In this document: positions 40,761 to 52,213 of the stretch, in pieces
Position numbering within the stretch: position 1 is the stretch's first letter
Layout: every line of letters starts with the position of its first letter
Origin: Patescibacteria group bacterium
Lineage (GTDB): Bacteria > Patescibacteriota > Doudnabacteria > UBA920 > O2-02-FULL-48-8
NCBI GenBank assembly: GCA_036278915.1
Contig: DASUKB010000001.1
Span: 237,186 to 301,185, forward strand
DNA: 64,000 nt
Direction of reading: 5' to 3'
Notes under the pieces: model-generated
Told to the model about the DNA's origin: nothing
Database searches by the model: none
The model's input: only the letters and a program-made list of their open reading frames with translations
Translations under genes and position numbers: made by a program

Positions 40761-40881
40761 TTTTATAATATTAATACAAATTCAAAAAAGCCAACGAATG
40801 TGCATTTGAATTTGAGAGGAGCAATCAGTTTAGCAAAGCAGCCGTGAGACACGGATGCGCAGGTGAAACTGATTAGGACGA

Positions 40882-41394
40882 ATGAAAGCGGAGCAAAGAG
40901 TCGGTTTGTTTGTGGACGTGCAGAATTTTTATTATACGGCGCGAAATGTATATAATGCGCGGGTTAATTTTACAAATATTTTGGAGGACGCAGTAGGACA
41001 GCGGCCGCTGGTGCGGGCAATAGCCTACGGCATCAAAGCCGATATGCCGGAGGAACAAACATTCTTTGACGCGCTCAAAAAAGCCGGATTTGAAGTCAAA
41101 CTCAAGGATTTGCAATCATTTTACGGCGGTGCCAAAAAAGGCGATTGGGACGTGGGTATTGTTATGGACATCATCAAGCTTTTGCCGAAACTGGACGTGG
41201 TGGTGCTGGCCTCGGGCGACGGCGACTATATACCGCTTTTGGAATATTTGCAAAATATGGGCGTGAGAGTAGAGCTGGTAAGTTTTGGCAAGTCAACGTC
41301 CAGCAAGATGCGCGAGATAGTGGATTCGTATCTGGATTTGGACACTGACACGCGCAAATACCTGATGCCAATTCGGAATAACAGAAAGCGTTGA
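40882..41394 (+). CDS. NYN domain (LabA/DUF88) protein
   Basis: FVDVQN, KGDWDVGIVMD, LASGDGDY. Confidence 0.92.
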   Translation: MKAEQRVGLFVDVQNFYYTARNVYNARVNFTNILEDAVGQRPLVRAIAYGIKADMPEEQTFFDALKKAGFEVKLKDLQSFYGGAKKGDWDVGIVMDIIKLLPKLDVVVLASGDGDYIPLLEYLQNMGVRVELVSFGKSTSSKMREIVDSYLDLDTDTRKYLMPIRNNRKR

Positions 41395-41472
41395 AAAAAA
41401 GTTGCAGGTTGCAGTGTGCAGTTTCCAGAGCTTCAAGAGTGTTTGCATTCCGAAACTACAACCTGATTTTAC

Positions 41473-41549
41473 GCGCTTGTAGCTCAGTGGATTAGAGCGT
41501 TCCCCTCCGAAGGGAAAGGTCGGTGGTTCGAGTCCACCCAAGCGCACCA
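41473..41549 (+). tRNA. tRNA-Arg(CCG)
   Basis: GCGCTTG acceptor stem, TTCCC-CTCCGAA-GGGAA, CCA. Confidence 0.94.
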
Positions 41550-41583
41550 GTATATACATGTGTATATACTCAGATATATACGT

Positions 41584-41754
41584 ATGAAAAAACTTAAAGA
41601 TAAGAATCAAAGAAAGCTAATCAGATTGGGAAGCTCTGTGGTTGTAAGCTTGCCAATTGAGCTTTTAACAGAATTGGGTTGGAAAGAGAAACAGAAGGTA
41701 GTGGTAAAAAAAATAAACGGCGCTTTGGTTATCCGTGATTGGAAAAAGCGTTAA
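41584..41754 (+). CDS. AbrB/MazE-family small DNA-binding protein
   Basis: RKLIRLGSSVVVSLPIELLTELGWKEKQKVVV. Confidence 0.8.
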   Translation: MKKLKDKNQRKLIRLGSSVVVSLPIELLTELGWKEKQKVVVKKINGALVIRDWKKR

Positions 41755-41816
41755 TTGTTGTTTCCTAAAGCCTTTTTGGGCTTTTTTGTTGTCCACAATT
41801 CATCCACTTATACCCA

Positions 41817-41845
41817 TTGACCGGATCTGGGCCCTGGTATAAACT
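41817..41845 (+). promoter_or_regulatory. Sigma70-like promoter of candidate large ncRNA
   Basis: TTGACC-17-TAAACT. Confidence 0.65.
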
Positions 41846-41856
41846 TGTCTTACCTT

Positions 41857-42344
41857 GGATGAAACAGGTAGCAGAAAAGGGCGACACTCCCGGAGTCAAC
41901 TTTCCGGTCTAGACAATGGGCAGTATCTGCTGCAGGTGGAATCCTCTCAGGTACCATCCGATTCCGTACCTCCTGAAGGACAGCAGCGGTAGACCACTTT
42001 GGCGAGTTGACTTCTAGGCGGAAACGCTTGGACACATCAATAGCCAACTGGCCGCTCGTGGAGTTGGATGGGGCCTTAAGCAGCTGACCTGCGAAAGGCA
42101 GCACGGCAGAAGGTTGCCGTGGAGATGGTAGTGATACCGTTTCTAGTCGGTTCACAAGACCGGCGCCGACCTGGGGTTCTTCCGGAGTCAGAACGGGAAA
42201 TCTAGCGATTCTAGCGCATGAGTCTGCCGCAAGGTAGTCACAAAAGCGGATTGTCTGCGAAGTTTCCGGACTGCTCCGGAGGAACACAGCGTTCCAAGGA
42301 GGAACATTTAGAGAGGATCCTTTGTGGGTCCACCAGTTTCATTC
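41857..42344 (+). ncRNA. Candidate large structured ncRNA of unknown class
   Basis: Ends pair (GGATGAAAC-A-GGT / ACC-A-GTTTCATTC); many internal stems with GNRA loops; promoter and terminator; no convincing ORF. Confidence 0.72.
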
Positions 42345-42350
42345 GTTTTC

Positions 42351-42383
42351 GAACCGTCGGCGCTGCCTCTCGGTTCTTTTTTT
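42351..42383 (+). terminator. Intrinsic terminator after candidate ncRNA
   Basis: GAACCG...CGGTTC stem followed by T7. Confidence 0.75.
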
Positions 42384-42418
42384 GTCCAAAGAATATCCGC
42401 AGGTTATAATAAATTGTC

Positions 42419-45391
42419 ATGAAAGATATTGTAAGCGTTAAATCCAAAGTTCTGGAAGGATTGAATGCCGCCCAGGAGCAGGCTGTGACTTTTGGCGCAG
42501 GCCCATTGCTTATAATTGCCGGCGCGGGTACAGGCAAGACCACTGTTCTTACGCGGCGCATTATGTATCTTATAGAGCAAGGTCTGGCCACGCCGGATGA
42601 AATTTTGGCACTGACTTTCACGGAAAAAGCGGCAGGCGAGATGAACGATCGGCTCGACCTGCTTATGGATTTGGGGTACAAGCACGTGAATATTTCTACT
42701 TTCCACGCGTTCGCCAAGCAAATTTTGGAAGACTACGCGCTGGACATCGGGTTGCCAGGAGATTTTAAGATTTTAAATGACACACAGGCCTGGATTTTGG
42801 TATCCAAACATCTTTCGGAATTTAATCTAAATTATTACAAGCCCTTAGGTAATCCCACTAAATTTATACATGCCCTGCTCAAGCATTTTGAACGCGCCAA
42901 GCGCGAAGGGGTCACACCTGAAAATTATCTTAAATACGCCCAGGAATTGCGGCTGGCAACAGATTCGCCAATTAAGCTTAAGCGCAAAAAAGCTAAACTA
43001 CCCGACGCGCTTGATCCGGAAGAAATCAAGCGGATAGAGGAGATAGCGGAAGCATTCCATAGGTACCAAAAATTGATTTTGGATTTGGGATTCTTGGACT
43101 ATAACGATCTTATCTCGTATACCATCCGACTATTCCGCCAACGGCCGAAAATTTTGGACAAACTTCGCGCGCAGTACAAATACATACTCGTGGATGAATT
43201 TCAGGACACGGATTTGGCCCAGTATGAGTTGGTGAAGCTTCTGGCAGCGCCGAAAAACAACATCACGGTTGTGGGCGACGACGATCAATCCATCTATAAA
43301 TTCCGCGGCGCGTCTGTATCCAACATCATGAAGTTTGAGGAAGACTACCCCAAGCTTTCCAAAATTACTCTTACGGACAATTACCGCAGCGCGCAAAAAA
43401 TTCTGGATTTGTCGTATGATTTCATCCAGCTCAATAATCCGGAACGCCTGGAAACGAAGCTTAAAATTTCCAAGCGTTTGGCTTCACATAAAGAAAGCGT
43501 AGGCGAGATTGCCGTACTTCACGCTGAAAACGCCTATGCTGAAGCAGTGCTGGTCTGCGATAAAATCGAGGAGCTTGTGGCCGAGCAAAATCTCACATAC
43601 AACGATTTTGCGATTCTTGCGCGGGCAAATGACCATGCTGACACATTTTTGGCAGAGCTTTCGAAACGCGGCATGCCTTATATATTCGTGGCCAATCGCG
43701 GATTGTACAAAAAACCATTTATCGTGGACCTAATTTCCTATCTGAAGCTTCTGGATAATTATCACGAAAGCCAGCAGGTGTTCCGCGTTTTGAATTTCCA
43801 AAAATTTCGGCTGCCCACCGAGGATTTGGTTAATGCCACGCATTTGGCCAAAAAGAAAGGCCTTTCCATTTATGAAATCCTCAAAGATCAGCCAGAAGGG
43901 TTGCGTTTGTCAAATGAAGGCAAGCAGCAGGTGCAAAACTTCCTGACGATCCTTGGCAGGCATACCAAACTTGCCGCAGATGCCCACACAACCGCCCTGC
44001 TTTTGACTATCCTTGCCGATCTGGGTATTACCCGGGACTTGGCCGAAAACGGGCATGAACGATCGGAAGACATCGGATTACTCCGCAAATTTTACGGCAA
44101 GGCGCAGGAATTTGAGTCCGAATCAGATGACAAAACACTCAAGGGATTTCTCAATCTCATTGAAACCGAGCAGCAAGCAGGCAGTTCCGGCGAACTTTCC
44201 GCGGATCCGAATGCCGGGCCTGAAGCCGTGAAAGTCTTGACCATTCACGCGGCGAAAGGGCTGGAATTCGCCTGCGTGTTTGTGGTCAATATGGTGGATG
44301 CCAGGTTTCCTTCTCGCGACCGGCGCGAACAAATAGAATTGCCGCAGGCCCTGGCAAATGAAATTTTTTCGGAAGGGGACGTGCACCTTATGGAAGAGCG
44401 GAGGCTTTTTTACGTGGCGGCCACCCGCGCCAAGGACTACCTGTTTCTGACCTGGGCCGACGACTACGGCGGCTCCCGCGCTAAACAGCCGTCTAGATTT
44501 TTGCTGGAAACACACATGGCCGCGCCTCGGGCCAAAACTGAATCCGCGGGCCAAGTGAAATTTACAAAACCGCAGATGCTGCCGCTGCCATCCATCCAAA
44601 AATATCCGATTCCGGAAAGTTTCAGCTGGAGCAGTATTTCCACTTTCCTCAAATGCCCCCTGGAATATAAATATAAATACTTGTATCAGCTGCCGCTGCC
44701 GGGCAATGCGTACGCATCTTTTGGCAGCTCAATCCATAAAGCGATTCAGTTGTTTTCGCAAAACGTCAAACAGCGCGCCAATTTGCGCCAGGGTGATTTA
44801 TTCGCCAAACCGTCGGCTGCGGACGCTTTTGAATACCCGCCGCTTTCTGCATTACACAAATTCTACGAACAGAACTGGATTTCCGACTGGTATCCCAACG
44901 CATCTGAACAGGAAAATTTCAAAAAGCGCGGATATCGGCTTTTGGAAAATTATTATAACCGGCTGACCTCTCAAAAGTTGGTGCCTTGGGAAATCGAAAA
45001 ATTTTTCCGGCTCAAGTTGGGCGCTTATAAATACAATGGCGTCATAGACTGCATCTTTGAAAATGCCAACGGAAGTATTGCGATTGTCGACTATAAGACT
45101 ACATTGCATCCGCGGACGAAACTCGAACGCGTGGACAAAAAACAGCTGCTTTCGTACCAGTTGGCCGCGCAGGAATTCTTTGGCCGCAAAGTCAGCTCGC
45201 TTTGCTACTGGGATTTGGAGGATTTGGCCAACCCAATAGAATTCACAGGCAAACCAGAGGAGATTACCGAGGTCCGTGAAGAGCTCCTGGCTGACATTGA
45301 GCAGATTGTGGAAGCGGTCAACAGTGATTCGTTTGGCGACCTTGACCGGCATAAATCTCATGATTGCCAGTTTCGGAATTTTGAAAATTGA
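42419..45391 (+). CDS. UvrD/PcrA-like helicase with C-terminal PD-(D/E)xK nuclease
   Basis: AGAGTGKT, VDEFQD, GDDDQSIY, TIHAAKGLEF, EERRLFYVA; C-terminal GVID...IVDYKT. Confidence 0.93.
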   Translation: MKDIVSVKSKVLEGLNAAQEQAVTFGAGPLLIIAGAGTGKTTVLTRRIMYLIEQGLATPDEILALTFTEKAAGEMNDRLDLLMDLGYKHVNISTFHAFAKQILEDYALDIGLPGDFKILNDTQAWILVSKHLSEFNLNYYKPLGNPTKFIHALLKHFERAKREGVTPENYLKYAQELRLATDSPIKLKRKKAKLPDALDPEEIKRIEEIAEAFHRYQKLILDLGFLDYNDLISYTIRLFRQRPKILDKLRAQYKYILVDEFQDTDLAQYELVKLLAAPKNNITVVGDDDQSIYKFRGASVSNIMKFEEDYPKLSKITLTDNYRSAQKILDLSYDFIQLNNPERLETKLKISKRLASHKESVGEIAVLHAENAYAEAVLVCDKIEELVAEQNLTYNDFAILARANDHADTFLAELSKRGMPYIFVANRGLYKKPFIVDLISYLKLLDNYHESQQVFRVLNFQKFRLPTEDLVNATHLAKKKGLSIYEILKDQPEGLRLSNEGKQQVQNFLTILGRHTKLAADAHTTALLLTILADLGITRDLAENGHERSEDIGLLRKFYGKAQEFESESDDKTLKGFLNLIETEQQAGSSGELSADPNAGPEAVKVLTIHAAKGLEFACVFVVNMVDARFPSRDRREQIELPQALANEIFSEGDVHLMEERRLFYVAATRAKDYLFLTWADDYGGSRAKQPSRFLLETHMAAPRAKTESAGQVKFTKPQMLPLPSIQKYPIPESFSWSSISTFLKCPLEYKYKYLYQLPLPGNAYASFGSSIHKAIQLFSQNVKQRANLRQGDLFAKPSAADAFEYPPLSALHKFYEQNWISDWYPNASEQENFKKRGYRLLENYYNRLTSQKLVPWEIEKFFRLKLGAYKYNGVIDCIFENANGSIAIVDYKTTLHPRTKLERVDKKQLLSYQLAAQEFFGRKVSSLCYWDLEDLANPIEFTGKPEEITEVREELLADIEQIVEAVNSDSFGDLDRHKSHDCQFRNFEN

Positions 45392-45430
45392 CCTTTTGGT
45401 GGTATAATTAAACAGCATTGGACGAAACAC

Positions 45431-45799
45431 TTGCTGAAATCAACTATAATTTTACCTATTTTTGCCGCAATCCTGGCCGCAATCTCAGGCGCAGCCCTTG
45501 CGCTTATAGTGCTACAGCTTTCGCCAGACACGACCGGCGGCATCTCGGAATTCTACGGTTCGGTTTTCGTGCTAGCCTGGAGCCTGACATTCCTCATTGG
45601 TTATGGCATTAGAAGAATATTTGGTGTCCCGGAGTTCGCACTCCGGCAGATCCGCACTTCGGCCCGCCAATCATTGTGGTTTGCAATCCTCATCTTTGTG
45701 TTTCTGGCGCTGCTCTCATGGAATCTCTTCAATATCCTAAACATTTCTTTGCTGGTCTTGGCGCTAATTTTTTTGGAAGCTTATTTTTTATTCAAATAA
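45431..45799 (+). CDS. Four-TM hypothetical membrane protein
   Basis: Hydrophobic ORF, TTG start. Confidence 0.7.
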   Translation: MLKSTIILPIFAAILAAISGAALALIVLQLSPDTTGGISEFYGSVFVLAWSLTFLIGYGIRRIFGVPEFALRQIRTSARQSLWFAILIFVFLALLSWNLFNILNISLLVLALIFLEAYFLFK

Positions 45800-45814
45800 A
45801 ATTAAATTAATCGC

Positions 45815-46510
45815 ATGAATGAAATCAAACAGCCGGTTTCAAATCAGGAAGTGAATTACCAGGTCATGCCGCATTCAGGGCATTCGGGTATACCCACGCC
45901 GACCGTTCCGAGCCCAGGATCAAGCACCGGGCCTTCAGGCTCCGGCAGCAAAATCGCATATATTATTATTACCGTCGTGGTCTTGTTGCTTTTGGGCGGC
46001 CTGGCATATTATTTCCTATGGGGAGGGTCAGCGCCTTCGCCGTCAACGCCTCCGCCGGTGATCGCAACCAAGCTTTCGCAAAGCTTCCTTTCGCAATACT
46101 TTGCCAAAGATACCTGCGACGACCCGAGCACCTGCGGCGATGACGCGGACCCGGACAGCGATGGACTTACCAACTACCAGGAATTCGTCAACGGCACCAG
46201 CCCAACCCTTTCCGATACGGATTCAGACGGCCTAGCCGATGGTGATGAAATTGACATCTATGGCACGTTGCCGCGCAACAAATATACCGATACCCGCGCC
46301 GATGCCCAGCAGAACGATTTCAACGACGGTTCGTCCATTAAAAACGGTTACGACCCGCTTACGCCCGGAGTCAAGTATACTGACACGAAAATTTCTGCTA
46401 TAAGCCAAAAAATCGCCCAATACGGTTTGCACGCGCCGACCACTACCACTTTGGGCCTCAACCCGGATGGCACGCAAGCGATACCAGCTACCAGACCGAC
46501 CGGACAATAA
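45815..46510 (+). CDS. Membrane-anchored protein with thrombospondin-type-3-like Ca-binding repeats
   Basis: DPDSDGLTNYQE, DTDSDGLADGDE, NGYDPL. Confidence 0.8.
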   Translation: MNEIKQPVSNQEVNYQVMPHSGHSGIPTPTVPSPGSSTGPSGSGSKIAYIIITVVVLLLLGGLAYYFLWGGSAPSPSTPPPVIATKLSQSFLSQYFAKDTCDDPSTCGDDADPDSDGLTNYQEFVNGTSPTLSDTDSDGLADGDEIDIYGTLPRNKYTDTRADAQQNDFNDGSSIKNGYDPLTPGVKYTDTKISAISQKIAQYGLHAPTTTTLGLNPDGTQAIPATRPTGQ

Positions 46511-46532
46511 TTAACCAGAATTTGTAAACGGG

Positions 46533-47276
46533 ATGAATGATGACCTCAGGCGATGGGATGAGGAGGCGGAGCATTGGGCCAAGGATTCTGAATCAAAAAG
46601 GTTGCTGGCTCGAATTTTGATTAATTACGCCCTAACTCAATTTGAGGCGGATTTTAGGAATAAAAAAGTATTGGATGCCGGCTGCGGCGAAGGAACATAC
46701 ACGGAAACCATTCAGAATCTAGGAGCTGAAGTGATCGGTCTGGATGGTTCTCCGAAGATGGTTGAGATTGCCCAAAATCGCCGTCCTAAAATCAATTTTG
46801 TAGTCGGCGATTTATTGGACAGATTGGATTTCCCGGACAAAAACTTTGACACGCTCACGAGTTTAAACGTGCTTATGTCCCTTCCGTCGGTTGATATGTT
46901 TTTATCCGAGGCAAGCCGACTAATTAAATCAGACGGAAGTTTGATAATTTGTGTGTTCCATCCGGCCTTAAATGAGCCTACGACGAAACTTTACAACACA
47001 TGGTGGCGCAGAGTCCGGCGTAAACCGGCGGTGGGAATTGTTTATTCATACTTCTTGCGTACGAATAATCGCAGGGATGATTTCGGCGTTAGGCCTTGGC
47101 CGTTTTATCACCGTACGATAGAAGAATACTCCGCTTATTTTCGCAAACACGGATTTGTAATTGAAACAATTTTTGAACCGCATACGATTCCAGCCGTCGT
47201 CCTGCAAAACCATCCCAAATTAAAATACGCTACCAGAATTCCAAGGTTTATTTTTTTTAAACTTATACAACATTAA
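46533..47276 (+). CDS. Class I SAM-dependent methyltransferase
   Basis: VLDAGCGEG, GLDGSPKM. Confidence 0.9.
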   Translation: MNDDLRRWDEEAEHWAKDSESKRLLARILINYALTQFEADFRNKKVLDAGCGEGTYTETIQNLGAEVIGLDGSPKMVEIAQNRRPKINFVVGDLLDRLDFPDKNFDTLTSLNVLMSLPSVDMFLSEASRLIKSDGSLIICVFHPALNEPTTKLYNTWWRRVRRKPAVGIVYSYFLRTNNRRDDFGVRPWPFYHRTIEEYSAYFRKHGFVIETIFEPHTIPAVVLQNHPKLKYATRIPRFIFFKLIQH

Positions 47277-47283
47277 AATCATT

Positions 47284-47688
47284 ATGAATATTTTTTCCTG
47301 GTTTAAAAAGAAATCTTCCAGAACATTTCCCGGCATTATCGTGGCCAAAGTCACTAAAGTGGACAAGCATCCGAACGCGGACCGGTTGCGCGTGGTGGAT
47401 CTTACCGATGGCACGCATAACTTTGCGCCCATAGTATGCGGCGCTTGGAATTTTGAAGTCGGGGCGGTAGTGCCTCTGGCGTTACCCGGGGCCACGATCC
47501 CGCACGACCAGCACGACGCAGAAGGCAAACCGTTTACCCTTGGCAAGGCCACAATTCGCGGGATTGAGTCCCAGGGTATGATTTGTTCAGGCAAAGAACT
47601 GGGTATCTCAACGGACGGGTCAGGGATCATTGTTTTGCCCAATGCCACGCCTTTGGGTGGCACTTTTTCGGCTGATTTGGTAGAATAG
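47284..47688 (+). CDS. Stand-alone tRNA-binding OB-fold (PheT B2/YtpR-like)
   Basis: HPNADRL, IVCGAWN, IRGIESQGMICSGKELG. Confidence 0.88.
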   Translation: MNIFSWFKKKSSRTFPGIIVAKVTKVDKHPNADRLRVVDLTDGTHNFAPIVCGAWNFEVGAVVPLALPGATIPHDQHDAEGKPFTLGKATIRGIESQGMICSGKELGISTDGSGIIVLPNATPLGGTFSADLVE

Positions 47689-47696
47689 CTTGGCTT

Positions 47697-48824
47697 ATGG
47701 ATATAGTTATTGATTCCCAAGAAGAAAAAACCCTAAAGGCTCAATTAGAATCCCGGCATGATGCCGACGCCCAACGCATCAGGCGCTTTTTAAATATGCC
47801 CGACCTGTCCCGCACAGATGGAAATCCCTTGCAGCAGATTGTGTCGCTTGCGTCGGACACTTCCGCGCTCAAAGGTTTTGATGTTATAAAAATTCCAGAA
47901 ATTATCCCCACTGAAATCTTGTTCGATTTATTCAACATGCCGCCTGGCCATCCGGCGCGGAGCCGTTCCGATACTTATTACGTGGATGAAAGTAATGTTT
48001 TGCGCACGCACGATACCGCTTTTTGGTATTATTATCTGAATAATACCAAAATAAAGGAACGCATAATCAAGAAGGACACATTGGGCGCCATCTGCTACGG
48101 CAAGGTTTACCGCAAAGACGAAATAGACCGGCGCCATTTGAATGTCTTCCATCAGTTTGGGGGTTTATACCTAGGACCCGATGACGGCAAACCCATTACT
48201 CCCGATGATTTGAAAAATGCGCTTTCAGAAATTGCGCGCGGTATATTCGGCGATATCAATTTCCGGTTTTATGATCACAATTTTCCCTACACGGACCCAA
48301 GTTTTGAAATGGAAGCCGAAATCAACGGGCAGTGGATAGAAATGCTCGGTTCCGGCATGGCCAGGAAGTCTGTTTTGGCAAACTTCGGCTTGAATGGCTA
48401 TCACGGCTGGGCCTTTGGCTTTGGCTTGGAGCGTCTGGCCATAGCCAGCATGAGCCTGCCGGATATCCGTCTGCTTTGGTCGCAGGATCCGCGCGTGACC
48501 AAACAACTTGTGCTTGGGCATAAATTCGAGGAAGTCAGTAAATTTCCGCCGATTACTAGGGATATATCTTTTGTCGTGGACAAAGATTTTTCACCCAATG
48601 ATTATTTTGATCTCATCCGCGATATAGGCGGCGACTTGGTTGAACAGGTGGAGCTTTTGGATAAATACGAAAACGCGGAAAAGTTTGGAGCAGATAAGAT
48701 AAGCTACACATACCGCGTGGTGTACCGAAGTCTCGAAAGGACTCTTCAAACTTCCGAAGTGGACCCTTTGCAAAATAAACTTTACGAAGAAACCAAAAAA
48801 ATCTACAACGCCCAGTTGAGGTAA
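47697..48824 (+). CDS. pheS: Single-chain PheRS: alpha catalytic domain fused to FDX-ACB anticodon-binding domain
   Basis: HPARSRSDTYY, YRKDEIDRRH, FPYTDPSFE, AFGFGLERL, then SKFPPITRDISF...YRSLERTL. Confidence 0.9.
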   Translation: MDIVIDSQEEKTLKAQLESRHDADAQRIRRFLNMPDLSRTDGNPLQQIVSLASDTSALKGFDVIKIPEIIPTEILFDLFNMPPGHPARSRSDTYYVDESNVLRTHDTAFWYYYLNNTKIKERIIKKDTLGAICYGKVYRKDEIDRRHLNVFHQFGGLYLGPDDGKPITPDDLKNALSEIARGIFGDINFRFYDHNFPYTDPSFEMEAEINGQWIEMLGSGMARKSVLANFGLNGYHGWAFGFGLERLAIASMSLPDIRLLWSQDPRVTKQLVLGHKFEEVSKFPPITRDISFVVDKDFSPNDYFDLIRDIGGDLVEQVELLDKYENAEKFGADKISYTYRVVYRSLERTLQTSEVDPLQNKLYEETKKIYNAQLR

Positions 48825-48893
48825 GAGATAATTAGTTCGGGTCCTGTCAGCCTTCACCCTCACCAATTTTATTAGCGAGGGCAGCTGTTTTTT

Positions 48894-48977
48894 GAGGACA
48901 ACATGCGAGACCTTCCAATGTCGAGCACTTTAGGCCGCCTAAAGCGGCCGTGTCCGAAAAAAAGTCTGTCCGAGCAC
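48894..48977. repeat. Dispersed hairpin repeat, copy 2
   Basis: Matches reverse complement of 20033-20145 minus the insert. Confidence 0.85.
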
Positions 48978-49102
48978 TAGTTTAAGCCGTTTTTTATCCC
49001 CAAAAAGGCTTTAAAATTTGTCTAAAATTTGCTATAATAAAGGCACCAAATCGGGGCCTAACCACCTCACCCCTCTCTCCTCAACGGAGAGGGGAATTCT
49101 AA

Positions 49103-51166
<2,064 letters not shown>

Positions 51167-51276
51167 CTGTGGATAACTTTTAATCTTAAGTTTCAATTTT
51201 CTAGACAAAAAGAAACACCTGATTTATAATTTGGGTGAAAGCGAAATTCGGAATCGAAACTAAACTCAAAACAGAT

Positions 51277-51666
51277 ATGAAAAAATTGGTCCTTGCTATT
51301 GTTCTCGTGCTGGCGATTGTGCTCTTTGCTGGTATTATCTATCAGAATCTGCACCAAAAAGCCCCGGCTCAGACCACTCAAAATCAGACACCTGAAATTC
51401 CATCCAAAATTTACAGTTTGGAGGGCAATATTAAATCCATCTCCGGCACGTCTGTCACTTTGGATTTGGTGGCAGGCCAGGGCACGCAAACTTTTGTAAT
51501 CCCAGCCGACACTTCTGTTTTGGTGCGCAGCACTTCAAGCAAAGGTGTAACGACTTCTACGCCGGGAAATATAAACCAGCTGGCTGTAGGCTCTCACGTC
51601 GTGCTTTATGCAAACAGCGTGGTAATTCCCGGTACCAAACTTAACGCCGTGGAAATAATCAAATAA
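51277..51666 (+). CDS. Exported beta-rich hypothetical protein
   Basis: N-terminal hydrophobic anchor; similar layout to next gene. Confidence 0.7.
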   Translation: MKKLVLAIVLVLAIVLFAGIIYQNLHQKAPAQTTQNQTPEIPSKIYSLEGNIKSISGTSVTLDLVAGQGTQTFVIPADTSVLVRSTSSKGVTTSTPGNINQLAVGSHVVLYANSVVIPGTKLNAVEIIK

Positions 51667-51667
51667 A

Positions 51668-52096
51668 ATGTCAAAAGGCAGAAAAATTTCATTTATAATA
51701 ATCGTAATCCTGGCAGTAGCCTGCTGCGTGCTTTGGGTTGTGGAGAGCAATCGGTCCAAAACGTCACCAAATACGCAGCAGCCAACCAGCATGCTGGATT
51801 TGGCCAAGACCACGCCTATAAGCACATATCATATTTCCGGTGTAGTTACCGCTATTTCAGGTAACAATATCAACTTTGATGCAACTCTTATAAAAGACCA
51901 ACGGCCAGTGGTTTACCATATCACTGCGGTCGTGAGCGATTCCACGCCGATTTCTTTGAATAACGTTGCATTCGGCCTGCCCAACAAAGCGACCCTTAAA
52001 TCCATCAAAGTCGGCCAAACTTTGGACTTTTCCACTGATAAATACCCATACGACCAGACACAAATCCAACCAACCGAAATACAGATCGTACAGTAA
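51668..52096 (+). CDS. Exported beta-rich hypothetical protein (likely paralog)
   Basis: YHISGVVTAISGNNI vs YSLEGNIKSISGTSV; IKVGQ vs LAVGS. Confidence 0.7.
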   Translation: MSKGRKISFIIIVILAVACCVLWVVESNRSKTSPNTQQPTSMLDLAKTTPISTYHISGVVTAISGNNINFDATLIKDQRPVVYHITAVVSDSTPISLNNVAFGLPNKATLKSIKVGQTLDFSTDKYPYDQTQIQPTEIQIVQ

Positions 52097-52213
52097 AACC
52101 ATCTGACTTTCGTTTGTTTGTACATTGACAAAACCCTACTGAAATGGTAGTTTGCGCTTAGCGAAAGCAAGAGACGCCCGCGAGGGCTTACGTTTTTGAA
52201 GGAGGATAGGGCT

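Noticed and set aside
41850-42287. 145-aa minus-strand ORF over the structured region
   Set aside because: No recognisable motif or SD; promoter, terminator and GNRA/G.U patterns all point to a plus-strand RNA
41857-42344. Identification as RNase P RNA, tmRNA, glycine riboswitch or group I/II intron
   Set aside because: No GAGGAAAGUCC P4 strand, no tRNA-like ends or tag frame, only a CTCTCAGG fragment of the glycine aptamer, no domain V or P7 consensus; Rfam search still needed
42419-45391. Helicase-nuclease as a defence or Cas4-linked system
   Set aside because: UvrD plus PD-(D/E)xK fusions are ordinary repair proteins; no cas genes or arrays nearby
51168-51176. Replication origin after gyrB
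   Set aside because: Only one perfect DnaA box, no box cluster and no dnaA/dnaN nearby
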